This document shows positions 30,083 through 31,978 of a DNA stretch of 31,978 nucleotides, in pieces. The stretch comes from an uncultured virus (IMG/VR IMGVR_UViG_2049941000_000069). Taxonomy: Duplodnaviria; Heunggongvirae; Uroviricota; Caudoviricetes. Made by a program: the position numbers and the translations under genes. The DNA is taken from the IMG/VR virus record IMGVR_UViG_2049941000_000069, one strand, 5' to 3'. The notes under the pieces were generated by a model that saw only the letters and a program-made list of their open reading frames with translations, was not told the DNA's origin and ran no database searches. Position 1 is the stretch's first letter. Each line of letters starts with the position of its first letter.

Positions 30083-30100
30083 AGTTATTTCTCCTTTAAT

Positions 30101-30653
30101 TTAATCGCATCCATACTTGTCACACCACTCTTGCTTTGCGTCCATGAAGTGCTTGAGCTCATCATCCCACATGGCTTGCGTGTNNNNNNNNNNNNNNNNN
30201 NNNNNNNNNNNNNNNNNNNNNNNNNNNNNNNNNNNNNNNNNNNNNNNNNNNNNNNNNNNNNNNNNNNNNNNNNNNNNNNNNNNNNNNNNNNNNNNNNNNN
30301 NNNNNNNNNNNNNNNNNNNNNNNNNNNNNNNNNNNNNNNNNNNNNNNNNNNNNNNNNNNNNNNNNNNNNNNNNNNNNNNNNNNTATGAGTAGCTAATCCA
30401 GTTTTCGTCGTGTCTGAGCGCCACGAGGTGGTCGCGGTACTTCTCTGGAAGCATCTCAAGTATTCTATCAACGTAGTCTTCTGTAAGGTTGCAATGCCAC
30501 GACGTGTCGTCAGGCGTTGTCTTGACCATGATGTACTTACAGTCATTGCTGAGACCGTTCGCTCTAATTGTCGTGCAGTCCTTCATCCAAGGGCTTGCGA
30601 TGCACGGCTGGTGTATTACCTGCTCGATGTTCTTCTTCAGTATGTCTATACGT
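30101..30653 (-). CDS. Hypothetical protein(s); start in gap and an internal gap
   Basis: Frame open back to the gap (RIDILKKNIEQVIHQPCIASPWMKDC...). The two sides of the internal gap may be different genes. Confidence 0.5.
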
Positions 30654-30740
30654 NNNNNNNNNNNNNNNNNNNNNNNNNNNNNNNNNNNNNNNNNNNNNNN
30701 NNNNNNNNNNNNNNNNNNNNNNNNNNNNNNNNNNNNNNNN

Positions 30741-31493
30741 TCGAGGTCTTACTATCACTCTCCAATTCGTAGATGCCCCTACGAAGAATATTATTAGCTG
30801 CCAATACATTACGGTTGTGTGTTTCACCACATTCAGGGCATACCCACATTCTGTCTGACAGCTTCAACTCTTTGTTTATATATCCGCACTCGCAAGTCTT
30901 GGAAGATGGATAGAAGCGGTCTATCTTGTAAACTACCACGCCGTACCTCGTGGCAATGTACTCCAACTTNNNNNNNNNNNNNNNNNNNNNNNNNNNNNNN
31001 NNNNNNNNNNNNNNNNNNNNNNNNNNNNNNNNNNNNNNNNNNNNNNNNNNNNNNNNNNNNNNNNNNNNNNNNNNNNNNNNNNNNNNNNNNNNNNNNNNNN
31101 NNNNNNNNNNNNNNNNNNNNNNNNNNNNNNNNNNNNNNNNNNNNNNNNNNNNNNNNNNNNNNNNNNNNNNNNNNNNNNNNNNNNNNNNNNNNNNNNNNNN
31201 NNNNNNNNNNNNNNNNNNNNNNNNNNNNNNNNNNNNNNNNNNNNNNNNNNNNNNNNNNNNNNNNNAAGTCTCCCTAATATCTCCTGTACGGTCTGCGCAC
31301 CAAGAAGGTTTCGTTTGACACGCTTTGCTTGGTGGTGCTGCATCACTCCCAATGGGATATACTTCTTATATATCCTATAGTACCTTTTCTGTAATGAAAG
31401 TGCATGATTCCATACAAAGCAAGCCTCACTGAGCATCTTGTCGAGGTGCTTAGTCTTGTTTGTTCGATATAACTTGTACTTGTAAGTAATCAT
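30741..31493 (-). CDS. tnpB: TnpB (IS200/IS605 OrfB family), middle and 3' end in gaps; RuvC-III Asp appears replaced by Asn
   Basis: N-terminal MITYKYKLY...ACFVWNHAL...AQTVQEILGRL; C-terminal LEYIATRYG...IDRFYPSSKTCECG...LSDRMWVCPECGETHNRNVLAANNI. Confidence 0.92.
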
Positions 31494-31497
31494 GCTG

Positions 31498-31505
31498 CAA
31501 AGATA
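31498..31505 (-). promoter_or_regulatory. -7 element TATCTTTG 4 nt before the tnpB ATG (leaderless transcript likely)
   Basis: Minus strand reads TTTTGTATCTTTGCAGC-ATG. Confidence 0.65.
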
Positions 31506-31562
31506 CAAAAAATTGTCTTACATAACCTTATTGTTTGTTTAATTTGTTTGTAAGTAAATGTT

Positions 31563-31928
31563 TTATTCAAATTCAATCGACAGGTCGTACAGAATCTCAG
31601 ACACGTCTTGGTCTCCCTTGTGAGCACCGTGAGCAGTCAGCCACTGTACAAGCTGCTCCCTGAAGTTGGAAGCGACGAACGTGCGACCGTCCTTGTACTT
31701 CTTGACGCGAGGGTCGTTCTCTGGGAGGCAGTTGTAGTCCTCGATGGCGGTGCAAGCCCCAGTTGTGTACAGTCTGTACTTGACCTTGCTTCCTTTCTTA
31801 GCTGGTCTTCCATATATGTCTGAGTCCATCTCGCGCTCTTCGATTCTGAGGATTATGGCAGATGCGACATCGCCCTTGTAGTCGTCGTAGAACACTCTGT
31901 CTCCGACCTTGTACTTCTTTCTCTTCAT
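31563..31928 (-). CDS. Hypothetical protein, 121 aa (KOW/SH3-like start YKVGDRV)
   Basis: Intact ORF; no Y1 HuH transposase motif. Confidence 0.65.
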   Translation of the reverse strand: MKRKKYKVGDRVFYDDYKGDVASAIILRIEEREMDSDIYGRPAKKGSKVKYRLYTTGACTAIEDYNCLPENDPRVKKYKDGRTFVASNFREQLVQWLTAHGAHKGDQDVSEILYDLSIEFE

Positions 31929-31978
31929 AAGCGTTCAGTTTGCTATATTTTCGTCTTGTTCGTATACCATCCCGAGAG

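Noticed and set aside
31563..31928. TnpA partner for TnpB
   Set aside because: No HuH/Tyr Y1 or serine-recombinase motifs.
1..31978. Stop-codon reassignment as in some gut phages
   Set aside because: Genes are intact under code 11; TAA, TAG and TGA all end genes, and the breaks coincide with N gaps.

Overview
Gapped scaffold (many N runs; several 10-N joins of unknown true size, and some contigs appear misordered) of a tailed dsDNA phage or prophage. The host is most likely a Bacteroidales such as Prevotella, inferred from TAnnTTTG promoters, a DUF4494-like gene and familiar small-gene families. The + strand (1-15249) carries a lysis cassette (amidase, spanin-like lipoprotein, holin-like protein), a very large modular tail/tail-fibre gene ending in a Peptidase_S74-type chaperone domain, and accessory tail genes. 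It then carries a separately promoted six-gene operon of unknown function, interrupted by an antisense NUMOD4-HNH endonuclease whose probable leader folds into a three-way junction with a pseudoknot. The - strand (15372-31928) carries a GNAT acetyltransferase, a Zn-ribbon protein, a RuvC-like resolvase, DUF4494, a DnaA-C-like HTH protein, a beta clamp, an Xis-like HTH protein, a putative annealase, a YqaJ-like exonuclease, SSB and many small genes. It also has two further homing-endonuclease pieces and a stand-alone TnpB whose RuvC-III catalytic Asp is replaced by Asn. All family assignments come from motif recognition by eye; no searches were run.
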